A DNA stretch of 64,000 nucleotides from Promethearchaeota archaeon (GTDB lineage: Archaea; Asgardarchaeota; Heimdallarchaeia; Hodarchaeales; Hodarchaeaceae), in the NCBI GenBank assembly GCA_048938105.1, contig JBHLMN010000001.1, positions 160,001-224,000 on the forward strand, read 5' to 3'. Below, piece after piece: positions 21,018-31,552 of this stretch (position 1 is the stretch's first letter; every line of letters starts with the position of its first letter). A program made the translations under genes and the position numbers. The notes under the pieces are model-generated. The model ran no database searches, had not been told where the DNA came from, and was given only the letters and a program-made list of their open reading frames with translations.

Positions 21018-21896
21018 GTGAAGATACTCATAACAGGCTCGAACGGATTCATTGGAAGAAATCTTCAAAGAAGTTTAGAAAATAGAAAGCACGAAGTAAT
21101 TGGCATAGATATAATCAAAGGAGATAATAAATGTTGTGATCTGAGAAAATTGAAAGAAGTTGAATCTTTATTTAAGGAGATTTCTCCTGAGATTATAGTT
21201 CACCTAGCTGCAATTTCTTCTTCTGATCTAAGTAGAACGAAGGTTATCTCAACACAGGAAGTTAATTTCATGGGTACAGTAAACCTACTTGAATGTGCTC
21301 AAAGAATGGACTCAGAACTCGACTTCTTTATATTAGCTTCTACAGCTGAAGTATATGGAGGCCTCGATAAGAAAATGTATGATGAAAATGACTTACCTCA
21401 ACCACTTTCTCCCTATGCGGCTTCAAAGGCTGCAGCAGAATCATTTGCATTGATGAAAAGCCGAATTACAGGATTAAAAACCTGTTGTATTAGATTTTGT
21501 AATGCTTTTGGAAGAAGGAATAATGATAAATTCGTGATTGAATATATTATCAATTGTTTTATAAGAAAAATACCACCTACTATAAAAACTCCTAATTCTG
21601 TACGAGAATTCATGTATCTACCCGATCATCTGTCTGTATATGAAACAATTATTAATAAGCAACCAACTGGTATCATCAACGCATCATCAGGGGAGTCTTA
21701 CAGTATCTTAGACCTTACATTGATGATTAAAGAAGTCACAAATAGTGAAATACCTATTGTTACAGAAAAAGATTCACAAACTACTAGTATAATTCTTAAT
21801 AATGAAAAATTACGAAATTTAGGATTTATTCCAAAATATTCTCTTAGGAATGCCATATCCCATTTTTATGACGATTTAATCAATACTAACAATTAA
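21018..21896 (+). CDS. NAD-dependent epimerase/reductase (SDR)
   Basis: ILITGSNGFIG, STAEVYG and PLSPYAASK motifs. Confidence 0.88.
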   Translation: MKILITGSNGFIGRNLQRSLENRKHEVIGIDIIKGDNKCCDLRKLKEVESLFKEISPEIIVHLAAISSSDLSRTKVISTQEVNFMGTVNLLECAQRMDSELDFFILASTAEVYGGLDKKMYDENDLPQPLSPYAASKAAAESFALMKSRITGLKTCCIRFCNAFGRRNNDKFVIEYIINCFIRKIPPTIKTPNSVREFMYLPDHLSVYETIINKQPTGIINASSGESYSILDLTLMIKEVTNSEIPIVTEKDSQTTSIILNNEKLRNLGFIPKYSLRNAISHFYDDLINTNN

Positions 21897-21912
21897 TCGT
21901 TTGGGAAAAATA

Positions 21913-23082
21913 ATGAAAATTGCTATTATCGACGATTTGATATATCCTTATTTCAGAGGAGGAGCAGAAAGAAGATATTACGATTTATATAACGAATTGG
22001 GAAAGAAACATGAAATTCATTGGTTTACGATGAAATTTCCCGAAATGAAAAAGTCACATTTTAAGTACGAAAATATTAATGTGCATTGTGTTATGAAAGT
22101 CCCAAAAGAAATATATTTTCACGGTAGAAGGAAAATAATACCCACTTTAATTTTTGCTTTTCGTGTTTTTAAAGAAATAAATCACTATAAATTTGATTTT
22201 ATTGATTCAGATGAATTTCCTTTTTGGCATAACTTTCTAATATTATTATATTCTAAATTTAAGAAAACCCCGACCTTTCTTACTTGGATGGAAGTATGGA
22301 AATGGTCGTATTGGAGAAAATACCTAGGAAATACAGGTGGGACTCTTGGTTATGTAACTCAGTTTCTTCTTGCCAAGCTATCCAATAATAATATTTGTAT
22401 ATCTAATATAACTGCTTCAAATCTTTCATCACTAGGTGTGAATAAAAAGAATATTAGAGTTATATATGGAGGAATAAATTTAAGATTATTGTTGAAAATT
22501 AAAGAATCAGTTAATTCAAAAAAGAATCAGATAATTAGTATTGGAAGATTAATTCCTGAAAAGAATTTTCCACTCTTAATAAATTCCATTTATCCTTTTT
22601 TAAAGAATAATGAATCATATAAATTAATAATCATTGGAGAAGGAACTGAAAAGAAGAGAATAATTGAATTAATTAATACATTAGATATGAATGATAGAAT
22701 CAAATTATTCTCAGGAAGAAATCCATACAACGAAATCATGAAAACTGTTTGTGAATCTAAAGTTCTAGTTTCTCTTTCTCATAGAGAGGGATTTGGTCTA
22801 ACCATTGTCGAAGCAAAAGCATTGGGAGTTTTAGTTATCACAAATGATCATGAAGAGAATGCTGGAAGATTTCTGATAAAAAATAACTTTGATGGATTGA
22901 TTATAAAATCAGATGGATCAGATTTAGCATTGACACTTCAAGGAATACTTTCTTCTAAGGAAAAAAATAAAATGAAAGAGATTATCCATAATGCTTTTCA
23001 AGATGTAAAAAAATTTGATTATCGAGAATTACGAAAAAAGCTTCAAGAATTACTCAATCTAGTGACTGAGATTCAGAAATGA
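21913..23082 (+). CDS. GT4 glycosyltransferase
   Basis: IYPYFRGGAE, IGRLIPEK and REGFGLTIVEA motifs. Confidence 0.92.
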   Translation: MKIAIIDDLIYPYFRGGAERRYYDLYNELGKKHEIHWFTMKFPEMKKSHFKYENINVHCVMKVPKEIYFHGRRKIIPTLIFAFRVFKEINHYKFDFIDSDEFPFWHNFLILLYSKFKKTPTFLTWMEVWKWSYWRKYLGNTGGTLGYVTQFLLAKLSNNNICISNITASNLSSLGVNKKNIRVIYGGINLRLLLKIKESVNSKKNQIISIGRLIPEKNFPLLINSIYPFLKNNESYKLIIIGEGTEKKRIIELINTLDMNDRIKLFSGRNPYNEIMKTVCESKVLVSLSHREGFGLTIVEAKALGVLVITNDHEENAGRFLIKNNFDGLIIKSDGSDLALTLQGILSSKEKNKMKEIIHNAFQDVKKFDYRELRKKLQELLNLVTEIQK

Positions 23083-24236
23083 TTATTTGGAGTAATAACA
23101 TATCCATAAAGCTCTATTATTTGATGGCTAATTTTTTCCCAAGAGAGATTTTCAGAGTATTTTAATGATTTTGATCGTAGGTTTTCTCTGATATCTGGAT
23201 TATTCAAATATTTCATTATATCAATTGCCATTTCCTCCCTTTTTATTCGAAAATAACCAATATTATCTCCAAAAGCTTTTTTTAATTGAACAATTTTTGA
23301 AGATAAGACAGGAACACCACACCTCATAGACTCAATTACTGACAAAGGAAAGCATTCGAAGTCTGAGGGTAATATCGAATACCAATAATCACCATTTCTG
23401 AGGATTTCACCAATTTGTTCATGAGAAACCTGACCATGAAATGCAACAATATTATTAATTTTACACTTTGAACAAAGATCTTTCAATTTCTCTCTTTCTT
23501 CGCCATCACCAAAGATGTCTAAATGTATTTTAAAATCTTTATTGGAATCTCTTATCTGTTTTAAGGCAACGAGTAAACGGTCAATACGTTTCTGAATATT
23601 AAGTCTCCCTATAAACACGATTCTTCTTATCTCTTTATTTATAATACGTGATGTTTCATTATTCCGTCCTGGATAAAAAATATCTTGATTTATCCCGTTG
23701 GGGATTATTTTAACGCTTTGTTTAGAATATTTTGATAGATAAAAAACTCTACGTATGGTTTCAATATTCGCACTCAAAATATATGAGCTTTGTTTAAGAA
23801 GAAATCGAAATATCGTCAAATAATGAATTGGTAATAAGTATTTACGCCATGTAGTCCCCACAACTTCCAGGTGTATGTTGAAAACCAAGGGAATTCGCAT
23901 TAACAAACTGAGAATTGCCCCAGCTTCAGGAAAACCACCAATAGGATAATGTATATGAATAATATTTGGCCTTCCATATTTTTTTGCGAAATGATAGCAT
24001 TCAAAAAGGAAACGGTGAGGAAAAGGGCCACCTAAGGGAGACGCAAAGGATGGTAATTTTATATGTGTGAAATTTTGATTAATTACTTTGGTTGATGATT
24101 TTTTGTTACCTAAATCACTTGTAAATGCAATTACGACATGCCCAGCTTTCGATTGCTCTAATGCAATGTTGAAGGCAATTCGTTCCAAACCTCCTCCTGC
24201 GGGAGGGAATAAAGAAGAAAATACCCAAATTTTCAA
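23073..24236 (-). CDS. GT4 glycosyltransferase
   Basis: FPPAGGGLE, IIPNGI, FIGRLNIQK and FECFPLSVIESM motifs; 3' end overlaps the convergent gene by 10 bp. Confidence 0.92.
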   Translation of the reverse strand: MKIWVFSSLFPPAGGGLERIAFNIALEQSKAGHVVIAFTSDLGNKKSSTKVINQNFTHIKLPSFASPLGGPFPHRFLFECYHFAKKYGRPNIIHIHYPIGGFPEAGAILSLLMRIPLVFNIHLEVVGTTWRKYLLPIHYLTIFRFLLKQSSYILSANIETIRRVFYLSKYSKQSVKIIPNGINQDIFYPGRNNETSRIINKEIRRIVFIGRLNIQKRIDRLLVALKQIRDSNKDFKIHLDIFGDGEEREKLKDLCSKCKINNIVAFHGQVSHEQIGEILRNGDYWYSILPSDFECFPLSVIESMRCGVPVLSSKIVQLKKAFGDNIGYFRIKREEMAIDIMKYLNNPDIRENLRSKSLKYSENLSWEKISHQIIELYGYVITPNNHF

Positions 24237-24282
24237 TTTCCTTTACACTTCTTGAAGAAGTATTTCAATTAACGTATTAAGT

Positions 24283-25782
24283 TCATTGTTCTTTGTTTCT
24301 ATTATTCTTGTTGAATCTCAAAAGTCCTTTTAAAGCGTGTTTGAGTATTTTTATATCCTCGCTGGAAAAGCCTTTAACAATTAAAAGAGTTAAAAAGTAA
24401 AATAAAGCAGAGACAAATATTATCGTTGATAAATTCAAAATATTCAAATTATTAGTGATTTCTTTTAAAAACAATACAAAAATCCCCATTAAACAAGACA
24501 CCATTACTGATTTAACAAATGTGGTCATTATGTCTCTATTTAATATTTTAAAATTAAATTTACCAAACAATACAACATAAATTAATAAATATGAAATATT
24601 AGATATTAAAATAGCAAAAGAAGCACCTTGAAAACTATAATTGTAAATGAAAATAAAATCTAGAATTATGTTCATTGTAAAACAAAGACCTGCAACTTTC
24701 GCTACAGTAGCTTGTCTATCTGTGGATATAAAAAACATTTCAAATGGACTACGAAGAAATAGAAAAACTATCGCCCAAATCGCTATTTTAAGCGAAATTA
24801 CTGAAGGAAGATAATCCGAACCAACTAATATCAGTATCATTTCACTTGATAATATTGTTATACCGAAACCGATCGGAATACTAAGTATAATCATTATTTT
24901 CAAGTAAATGAAAAACGTTTGATTTAGGGATTTTGTCGATGTTCTGTGAAATCTAGACATGATTGGTAATATTGTGGTATTCAAAATTGTAGGAATTAAA
25001 AGTAAAGCCATTAAAAATTTTCCAACAGTTGAATAGAATCCAGTTGCCATCTTATCATGTAAATAGGACAGAATTATTAGCTCGGTAGCTTGATTTCGAA
25101 AATTCAGCATGAAAATATCTACCAAAAAGAAAGGAAACGCTTCTTTGATGGAAAGTTTCCAAAAGCTCAAATTAAAACTTAAAATGGGTTTATAAAACTT
25201 CCAAATGGTGATTAAAAAGTTAAACACTAAAGTAATCAAATGTGATGAAGCATACATGATTGCTAATCCTATAATAGAAAAGCGTAAATATACTCCAATT
25301 ACAGCTCCAAAAAGAATTAAACTACTTGTTAGGATCATTCCAAAAGAAAAATATTCCATCTTTTCGTGAGCTTTGAAAATGGCATAAGATGTTTGATTCA
25401 GGGTTCGACTTATAATAACTGTACCCAATATACAATTCACTTCAAGAATTCGCTTCGAATAACCAGACAGATTAACAATAAATAAAAATAAAATAATCGT
25501 AAATAATAGAAGAAAAAGTCTTATTGTAACAATGTTCCCAAAATATTTTTTTCCTAACGACTTATCACAAGCAATTTCTTTTATTAAATATGTGTCTAAG
25601 CCTAAACTAGGTATCAAGCCACATAAAATCGTAAACGCGATTGCAGCAGAAAAAGCCCCAAAATAGTCGACACCCAAATATCGAGCAAGTAGAATAAAGA
25701 AGAAAAAATTAAAGATAGCTTGACTACTATTAGATACAAATAAAACAAGACTATTTTTAGCACCTCGTTGAATAGTATCCAT
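24283..25782 (-). CDS. Wzx/MOP-family oligosaccharide flippase
   Basis: About 14 TM helices; LARYLGVDYFG and GLDTYL motifs. Confidence 0.9.
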   Translation of the reverse strand: MDTIQRGAKNSLVLFVSNSSQAIFNFFFFILLARYLGVDYFGAFSAAIAFTILCGLIPSLGLDTYLIKEIACDKSLGKKYFGNIVTIRLFLLLFTIILFLFIVNLSGYSKRILEVNCILGTVIISRTLNQTSYAIFKAHEKMEYFSFGMILTSSLILFGAVIGVYLRFSIIGLAIMYASSHLITLVFNFLITIWKFYKPILSFNLSFWKLSIKEAFPFFLVDIFMLNFRNQATELIILSYLHDKMATGFYSTVGKFLMALLLIPTILNTTILPIMSRFHRTSTKSLNQTFFIYLKIMIILSIPIGFGITILSSEMILILVGSDYLPSVISLKIAIWAIVFLFLRSPFEMFFISTDRQATVAKVAGLCFTMNIILDFIFIYNYSFQGASFAILISNISYLLIYVVLFGKFNFKILNRDIMTTFVKSVMVSCLMGIFVLFLKEITNNLNILNLSTIIFVSALFYFLTLLIVKGFSSEDIKILKHALKGLLRFNKNNRNKEQ

Positions 25783-25892
25783 TATAACATAACCAATAAT
25801 AATTTTTTTTGTTGTATTTTATATTATGAGGAAATATAAGATGCAGTAAATACCTATATTAATTTATGGGCCTTACCTACGAATAAACTATC

Positions 25893-26594
25893 TCAGTATT
25901 TAAAATAAATAGTTTCAGCTTTTTCTAATAGTTTTTTATTAGCCTTAATCTTTAATTGGTCATTAAACTTCATTTTTATTGCTTCTTTTTTTTCAGAAGG
26001 GCGTGTTAATTGATTTTCTGTTAATGTACCTTTTCCTTTAGATATCAGGAAATCATTATCCATTTTACTAAAGATTCTATCAACATTCTGCTTTGTGTGT
26101 TCAAACAAAGTAAAATCAGTATTATATTTCTCATTTATTATTTGAATGACTTGACCAAAATTAGAAGTAACATCTTCAAAATGTCCTATCACAACTGATA
26201 ATCGGAAGTAATATGTTTTTTCATAAAAAGATATGTAACGTTTTAGGGCTACTTTAACTGACAATTTTGGCCTCATTGTTTTCAATGATAAAACGGAATC
26301 TTGTGGATTTCTGATAAGAAGTAATGTAGGAATACCCCATTCACACGCTTTAATAATTTGTGCCGGAACATGGGCATGATGTGCAATTTGATAATTTTTT
26401 TCTTGAGATAAGCGGAAAGCTCGTACTGCAAAAGTATTAGCACACCGTGGATAACCTTCAATAACTATATCGGTGTTTTTCTTTACCATTCTTTCATTGA
26501 ACTTTGGATATGCCTTCATTATTCCATAGTAAATTCTGGGGTTTTGACCAAGGAGTGAATAGGAATAAATCATTAAATCTGTTAAAAAAGCCAT
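25893..26594 (-). CDS. Putative PAPS-dependent sulfotransferase (paralog 1)
   Basis: 5'-PSB-like loop DIVIEGYPRCANTF and 3'-PB-like motif LLIRNPQDSVLS. Confidence 0.65.
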   Translation of the reverse strand: MAFLTDLMIYSYSLLGQNPRIYYGIMKAYPKFNERMVKKNTDIVIEGYPRCANTFAVRAFRLSQEKNYQIAHHAHVPAQIIKACEWGIPTLLLIRNPQDSVLSLKTMRPKLSVKVALKRYISFYEKTYYFRLSVVIGHFEDVTSNFGQVIQIINEKYNTDFTLFEHTKQNVDRIFSKMDNDFLISKGKGTLTENQLTRPSEKKEAIKMKFNDQLKIKANKKLLEKAETIYFKY

Positions 26595-26771
26595 TCTGTT
26601 TATATAAATCCATTGGAAACTTTTATATTTATTTCTAGATTCCTATACAGCCGCGAGAATGGTATTTTTATCTGTAATCATAAAAAAAAATATTCAAAAG
26701 AACCACTATAATTTTTAAAGATTAGTTGCATACTGATTTTAAATATGAATTGTTAGTTATACCATTATGTA

Positions 26772-27530
26772 TTACGTTTGGATACATATTTCGTTATATA
26801 CTATTTTTGCTCTTTTAAATAATTTCTGAGTTTTTAAATTATTTAATTTCGGTTTCAACCTCATTTTTAGTAATTCTTTTGTTACAGAAGGGCGTGGTAT
26901 TCTATTCATTCTACCTTGATCATATCTCTTATTTAATTGGGTTATTGTAGAAAATATTTTTTCAATATTCTTTTCAGAGTGGACAAATCCAGCATAATTA
27001 GTACCAAATTTTTTGTTAATTTTCTTTATAATACTGTTAAAATCCGTTGTAACCTCTTTAAATTCCCCAATAACAACATCATCAAGATATGGTTTTATTG
27101 ATTCATAATAGTGAATATATTTTTGAAGAGCAATTTCTGGGATTATATATGGGCCTCCTCGAACTAGATAAGATAGCATTGTCTCTTTGGGGTCACGAAT
27201 TAATACCACAGTGGGTATACCTAATTTAACTCCTTTTATTATCTGGATTGGAGTATGTATGTGATGAGCTACTGCTATTTTCTTTTTCTGAGCGAATAGG
27301 AACGCACACAAAGCAAATGTATTCCCACTCCGTGCAAACCCCTCTATGACAATGTTTGTTTTTTCTCTTACTAATCTTTCTCGAAAACCCATTTCTACTT
27401 GGAATGAACGCATTAAATTTAGAAAACTATCATATAAATGATAGTGTACTGAAATATAGTTCAATAATTTTCCAGAAAATGATAATAAAGGATAAGGTAA
27501 GGTTCTATTGGAAATTTCAATTAGAGACAT
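26772..27530 (-). CDS. Putative PAPS-dependent sulfotransferase (paralog 2)
   Basis: IVIEGFARSGNTF and VLIRDPKETMLS motifs; collinear with paralog 1. Confidence 0.65.
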   Translation of the reverse strand: MSLIEISNRTLPYPLLSFSGKLLNYISVHYHLYDSFLNLMRSFQVEMGFRERLVREKTNIVIEGFARSGNTFALCAFLFAQKKKIAVAHHIHTPIQIIKGVKLGIPTVVLIRDPKETMLSYLVRGGPYIIPEIALQKYIHYYESIKPYLDDVVIGEFKEVTTDFNSIIKKINKKFGTNYAGFVHSEKNIEKIFSTITQLNKRYDQGRMNRIPRPSVTKELLKMRLKPKLNNLKTQKLFKRAKIVYNEICIQT

Positions 27531-27639
27531 TAATTCCCATCCATAAGTTTAATTAAATTGTAATTTCTTGATCTTCAGGGGAATTAGGCATTTTAGTATT
27601 AGAATTATAGCACATATATTCTCCATTCATCTGAAATTT

Positions 27640-29331
27640 TCATCTCTTTTTTATTAATAAAAAGAATAAAAATCCAAATATGAAGAAAATAATAGCAAAA
27701 ATATTAGTTTTTCCCATAGTAGTACTTGTGTTGTTCAAAATAAAGTCTTTTATCGATATATTTATATTGTCATATGTAATATGTCCTCCTTCATCCACCA
27801 CAGATAAAGTGAGGGTATGATTACCATTTTCTAGTTGACCCAAACTACAATTAATTGTGATTGGATACCAATACTTCTTGAAATACAACGAACCATTATC
27901 GATTTTATCACCATCTAGAAATATTGAGAAAAACCCTACCATTTTTTGATTTGTCCTGAAATTATACCATGTTTTCCACGAAACATTAATTTTTTCGGTA
28001 CTCTTTGCTTCAATGTCCTTTGAGTTACTAATAATAGGAGCAAAACAAATACGTTCAGCTCTATAAACAGCAATTTTATAATCATTCACAGGAAAATTCA
28101 TTTCCCAAACTATGTTTCCTGTTTCATTGACTTCTGTAAGTCTTGCTCCATAAGCAGCTTCATCAGGATTTGGATCTTGCCAAAGAAGATTACCGAATGT
28201 CGCAAATCGATTTCCATTTGGTAATCTATCAGCATCTCCTACCACTGGACTGAAATAATCATAAGGGAAAATTCTTATCCAACTTTCACTAGCAATCATT
28301 GTCGTTGTATCTATTGTTATTTCAACTATTCGAGATCGCTCATTAAACGGGTCTGACTTGTTGTGCCAGTCATTATCAAAGAGAATGAATGTATTTTCAT
28401 TGATTTTTTCAACTGCATGAGCATGATAAAAAAGATTATCTTTTTGATTCCCATTTATATCAAAAAGAGTGAAATTTCCATATTCTCCTAGACCCCATAA
28501 TATTCTTTTTGTCTTGTGATTAATTTTATAAAAAGTATTTATATTTCGCATATTTACATAAATTACATCTTCATCAGGGTCATAAAAGATAGAATTAGAG
28601 TGGGTGATCGATTCTCCAAATGAACAATATGGACATCTTTGGGTATGAGAGATGAAAGACTGCGTATCTACAGACCATATTTCCTCTCTTGCGAAATTAA
28701 ACTCGATTATTCTATCAAATTCATATGTAGTACCGTTAATATCTTCTTTGTACGCAATAAATGTAAAATAGCTATGATTATTTGGATTATATTCAATTTC
28801 ATGATGTCCACATGGACCTATCTCTCTAGTTTTATTTGAAATAAAATTCCACATGAACATACTCCCGAACTCCAGAAGTCCTGGATCAACCTTATCTTTT
28901 ACTAAAAGAGTAGTTGAATTGTAGAGATCAAAAATAACTCCTAATGGTGCTCTGTTTATTATTTTTCCTTCCATATCTGTTATGATAAGTTTTCTTTTTA
29001 ACATAAGATCGGGATCTGAATAGTTAATACGAGTTGGTGTAATTCCAAAAATATTGTATCCATCGAAATACTTACCACTCTTAGTAACATTTATGAAGCC
29101 TGTAAAATCGCTCTCGGATTTTAACATGGTATTATGATCAAGAATGAATTGGTTATCATTTAGAGTACTAAGAAGTTCCTCTTGATTGGTGTATTTCTGA
29201 GATACAACCTTCAAAGGTCGATCTTTATTTTCTCTTATAATGTAGTTTAATGAGAAGAAGAAACACAATAATAATTGACATATGAATAAAAATCCAATCC
29301 AATTCCTATTTATCCACTTAATATTTTTCAA
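27640..29331 (-). CDS. Aryl-sulfate sulfotransferase (ASST) family, membrane-anchored
   Basis: GHHE, THSNSI, SMR-like NMRN, YHAHA, LFDN, GDADRLPNGN and VYRAER motifs; N- and C-terminal hydrophobic helices. Confidence 0.85.
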   Translation of the reverse strand: MKNIKWINRNWIGFLFICQLLLCFFFSLNYIIRENKDRPLKVVSQKYTNQEELLSTLNDNQFILDHNTMLKSESDFTGFINVTKSGKYFDGYNIFGITPTRINYSDPDLMLKRKLIITDMEGKIINRAPLGVIFDLYNSTTLLVKDKVDPGLLEFGSMFMWNFISNKTREIGPCGHHEIEYNPNNHSYFTFIAYKEDINGTTYEFDRIIEFNFAREEIWSVDTQSFISHTQRCPYCSFGESITHSNSIFYDPDEDVIYVNMRNINTFYKINHKTKRILWGLGEYGNFTLFDINGNQKDNLFYHAHAVEKINENTFILFDNDWHNKSDPFNERSRIVEITIDTTTMIASESWIRIFPYDYFSPVVGDADRLPNGNRFATFGNLLWQDPNPDEAAYGARLTEVNETGNIVWEMNFPVNDYKIAVYRAERICFAPIISNSKDIEAKSTEKINVSWKTWYNFRTNQKMVGFFSIFLDGDKIDNGSLYFKKYWYPITINCSLGQLENGNHTLTLSVVDEGGHITYDNINISIKDFILNNTSTTMGKTNIFAIIFFIFGFLFFLLIKKR

Positions 29332-29572
29332 TTGAAAGACCTCTTATGTATAAAACCATTGTTGCTTGAAATTTTCGATTTTATTAGCAAATTGATGGAT
29401 TTAGATATCTCTTATTTATTTAAATAATTAAAATTAGATGATAGAATATTATGAGAAGATCTTATGTGTAAAGATTTTAAACAGTTGTATATGGAATATT
29501 ACTGATTTTGATCTATAAATAATCAGTCTGGTTACATAATAGAACTTATAAGGAGGGAAAGCTGAATTTACA

Positions 29573-31348
29573 TTAACCGATATCTCCTTTTAATTTTAAT
29601 ACTCGGACATTCTCACCAATTTTATAGATTATGTCACTATTTTCCACAACTTTTTCCAAATCAAACGTTCTGAAATATTTGAGACCTGTCACATAAATTA
29701 CCCATATTTTAAGACTTTCATTATAAATTTGTGCTAGAATATTGTTAAAAAAAGCATTATCATTAATGATCTCTTCGGATTTTTCTGGTGTACAAACCCA
29801 AGATCCAGTTAATGCCACTATTCTCCTCCTAAGCGGATATCCATTAACCAATAACATGTCCCATAGACTAGAATCGCTTTCATTTCCATCTTTCAGGATA
29901 TCTAAAGCGGAATTAGCTATTTCGTCTAAATAAGTTCTATTGAGTGTTACTTCTTCATCAAGACTATATTTTCCTTGAAAAACTATAAATCTGAAGGAAC
30001 CATAACTACTAAGCAGTAAAATTATAAATATAATCGTTTTTGTATGTCTTTCCCTAAAAATTTTAAAATATGTAAAGATAGAATGATGTGTTCTTTTCAT
30101 ATCAAGAGAAAATGTAGGAGGATTTTTAGCAAAAACTAACCAATATGAAATTAAAAAGCCTAAGAATAGATTTCCAACAGAATTAAATTGATTGTGTAGC
30201 TTAACTAATGGCCTCTCTAATCCTAAGCGAGCTCCAAAATCCCAAAATTGCATTAAAACAGAAGTGGATTGAATGAGTACAATTAATATAATAATAAACA
30301 TTATATTTCTTTTAGAATGTATGAAGTTCTTTTCTTCGATGTCTATTATATCAAACAGAAATAATATCCATAAACATCCTAAAATTACGTAAAATAAAGA
30401 TTCTTTAATGTTGATTGGTGCTTTAAGTAAAAATGTACTCCAAAATAAGCTAGGAACCGATGTATAATAAACATTTTTAGGAAGATTGCTTTTGAACCAA
30501 GAACAAAACTTGAATTCTTCAAGACTTGAGGCAATTGACCACATTATTATAAAAATCAAGGATATTAAATAGATTAGAGAGAAGATGTTTCGTTGTTTGA
30601 ATTCGAAAAAATAATTCTTGAAAATCGTAATGTTTGAAATAAATAGGAGAATGATGGGTAAAATAATGAGTATGATGAGAAAAAATATTTCTATTCTCTT
30701 TAAGAAGTTATGATCTCTTGAACCAACAGATAAATAAAAAGTAAAAGCAACCCCAGTGTATATTACTAGCATTAAAACAACTTCATGGGTCAATGCGGCA
30801 ATTATGAACACAATAATTGTCAGAGCCATTCGTAACATAAATTTAAGCTCTGTTTGTTCTTGCTTTCGACTTGTCATATAAAGGTATAAACCAATAAAAT
30901 AGAAAGCAAGGGCACTAGTAAGCCTAATTCGATATAAAAACATGATATACGCTCCAAATTGTCCAAGTGTTGTAAATATCAAAACACTGAAACGCAATAT
31001 AATTTTCTCATTTGATAAAGCTGACATTATTAGTCTTGAAATAATCGTGAAAATACAGAAAACAGAAATTAATCGGATATAAAAAATCAATTCTAAATAC
31101 CCTCCAGCTTCTTTAATTCCAAGAAAATAACTAATATAACCGAAAATTGTGAAAAAGAAATCTGTTCCTATATTTGTAGTCTCACCACCTGAAACAAAGA
31201 TTCGGATATAATATTCGATATCTTTAAGCCCAATTTGAGACTTGCTTGTCGGATAAACAAGAAAAAGAGGTAAAACCCCAATGGTGCCACTTAAAAGTGA
31301 CAATAACAGATTTAATCTTTTATTTTCACCAACGATATGTTTAGACAT
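29573..31348 (-). CDS. Polytopic membrane protein (possible GT-C/polymerase)
   Basis: About 13 hydrophobic segments; acidic KDIEYY after TM1; soluble C-terminal domain. Confidence 0.5.
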   Translation of the reverse strand: MSKHIVGENKRLNLLLSLLSGTIGVLPLFLVYPTSKSQIGLKDIEYYIRIFVSGGETTNIGTDFFFTIFGYISYFLGIKEAGGYLELIFYIRLISVFCIFTIISRLIMSALSNEKIILRFSVLIFTTLGQFGAYIMFLYRIRLTSALAFYFIGLYLYMTSRKQEQTELKFMLRMALTIIVFIIAALTHEVVLMLVIYTGVAFTFYLSVGSRDHNFLKRIEIFFLIILIILPIILLFISNITIFKNYFFEFKQRNIFSLIYLISLIFIIMWSIASSLEEFKFCSWFKSNLPKNVYYTSVPSLFWSTFLLKAPINIKESLFYVILGCLWILFLFDIIDIEEKNFIHSKRNIMFIIILIVLIQSTSVLMQFWDFGARLGLERPLVKLHNQFNSVGNLFLGFLISYWLVFAKNPPTFSLDMKRTHHSIFTYFKIFRERHTKTIIFIILLLSSYGSFRFIVFQGKYSLDEEVTLNRTYLDEIANSALDILKDGNESDSSLWDMLLVNGYPLRRRIVALTGSWVCTPEKSEEIINDNAFFNNILAQIYNESLKIWVIYVTGLKYFRTFDLEKVVENSDIIYKIGENVRVLKLKGDIG

Positions 31349-31488
31349 TTTTAATGTCTCGTAAAAATTTAACTTGAGTAAGAGCTCATTAAATCTTGTC
31401 CTTTTTAAAACTGATTTGATGACCTTGAATTTCCAGATATTTGTATTTTATCCTACTCGATAAGATATAGTATGATAGATATAAGATA

Positions 31489-31548
31489 AAAAGCTAATTA
31501 TAAAATCAAGTCTTCAATTCACACTTTTTGAATACGAAAATTGGTGGT
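31489..31548 (+). promoter_or_regulatory. Putative archaeal BRE-TATA promoter and RBS of ugd
   Basis: A-rich BRE-like run, then TTATAAAA at 31498-31505; GGTGGT at 31543-31548 just before ATG31553. Confidence 0.4.
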
Positions 31549-31552
31549 TGGT

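Noticed and set aside
25850-25895. TGA readthrough or selenocysteine at the end of sulfotransferase paralog 1
   Set aside because: The stop falls within a few residues of the paralog's C-terminus, and no SECIS-like element is visible.
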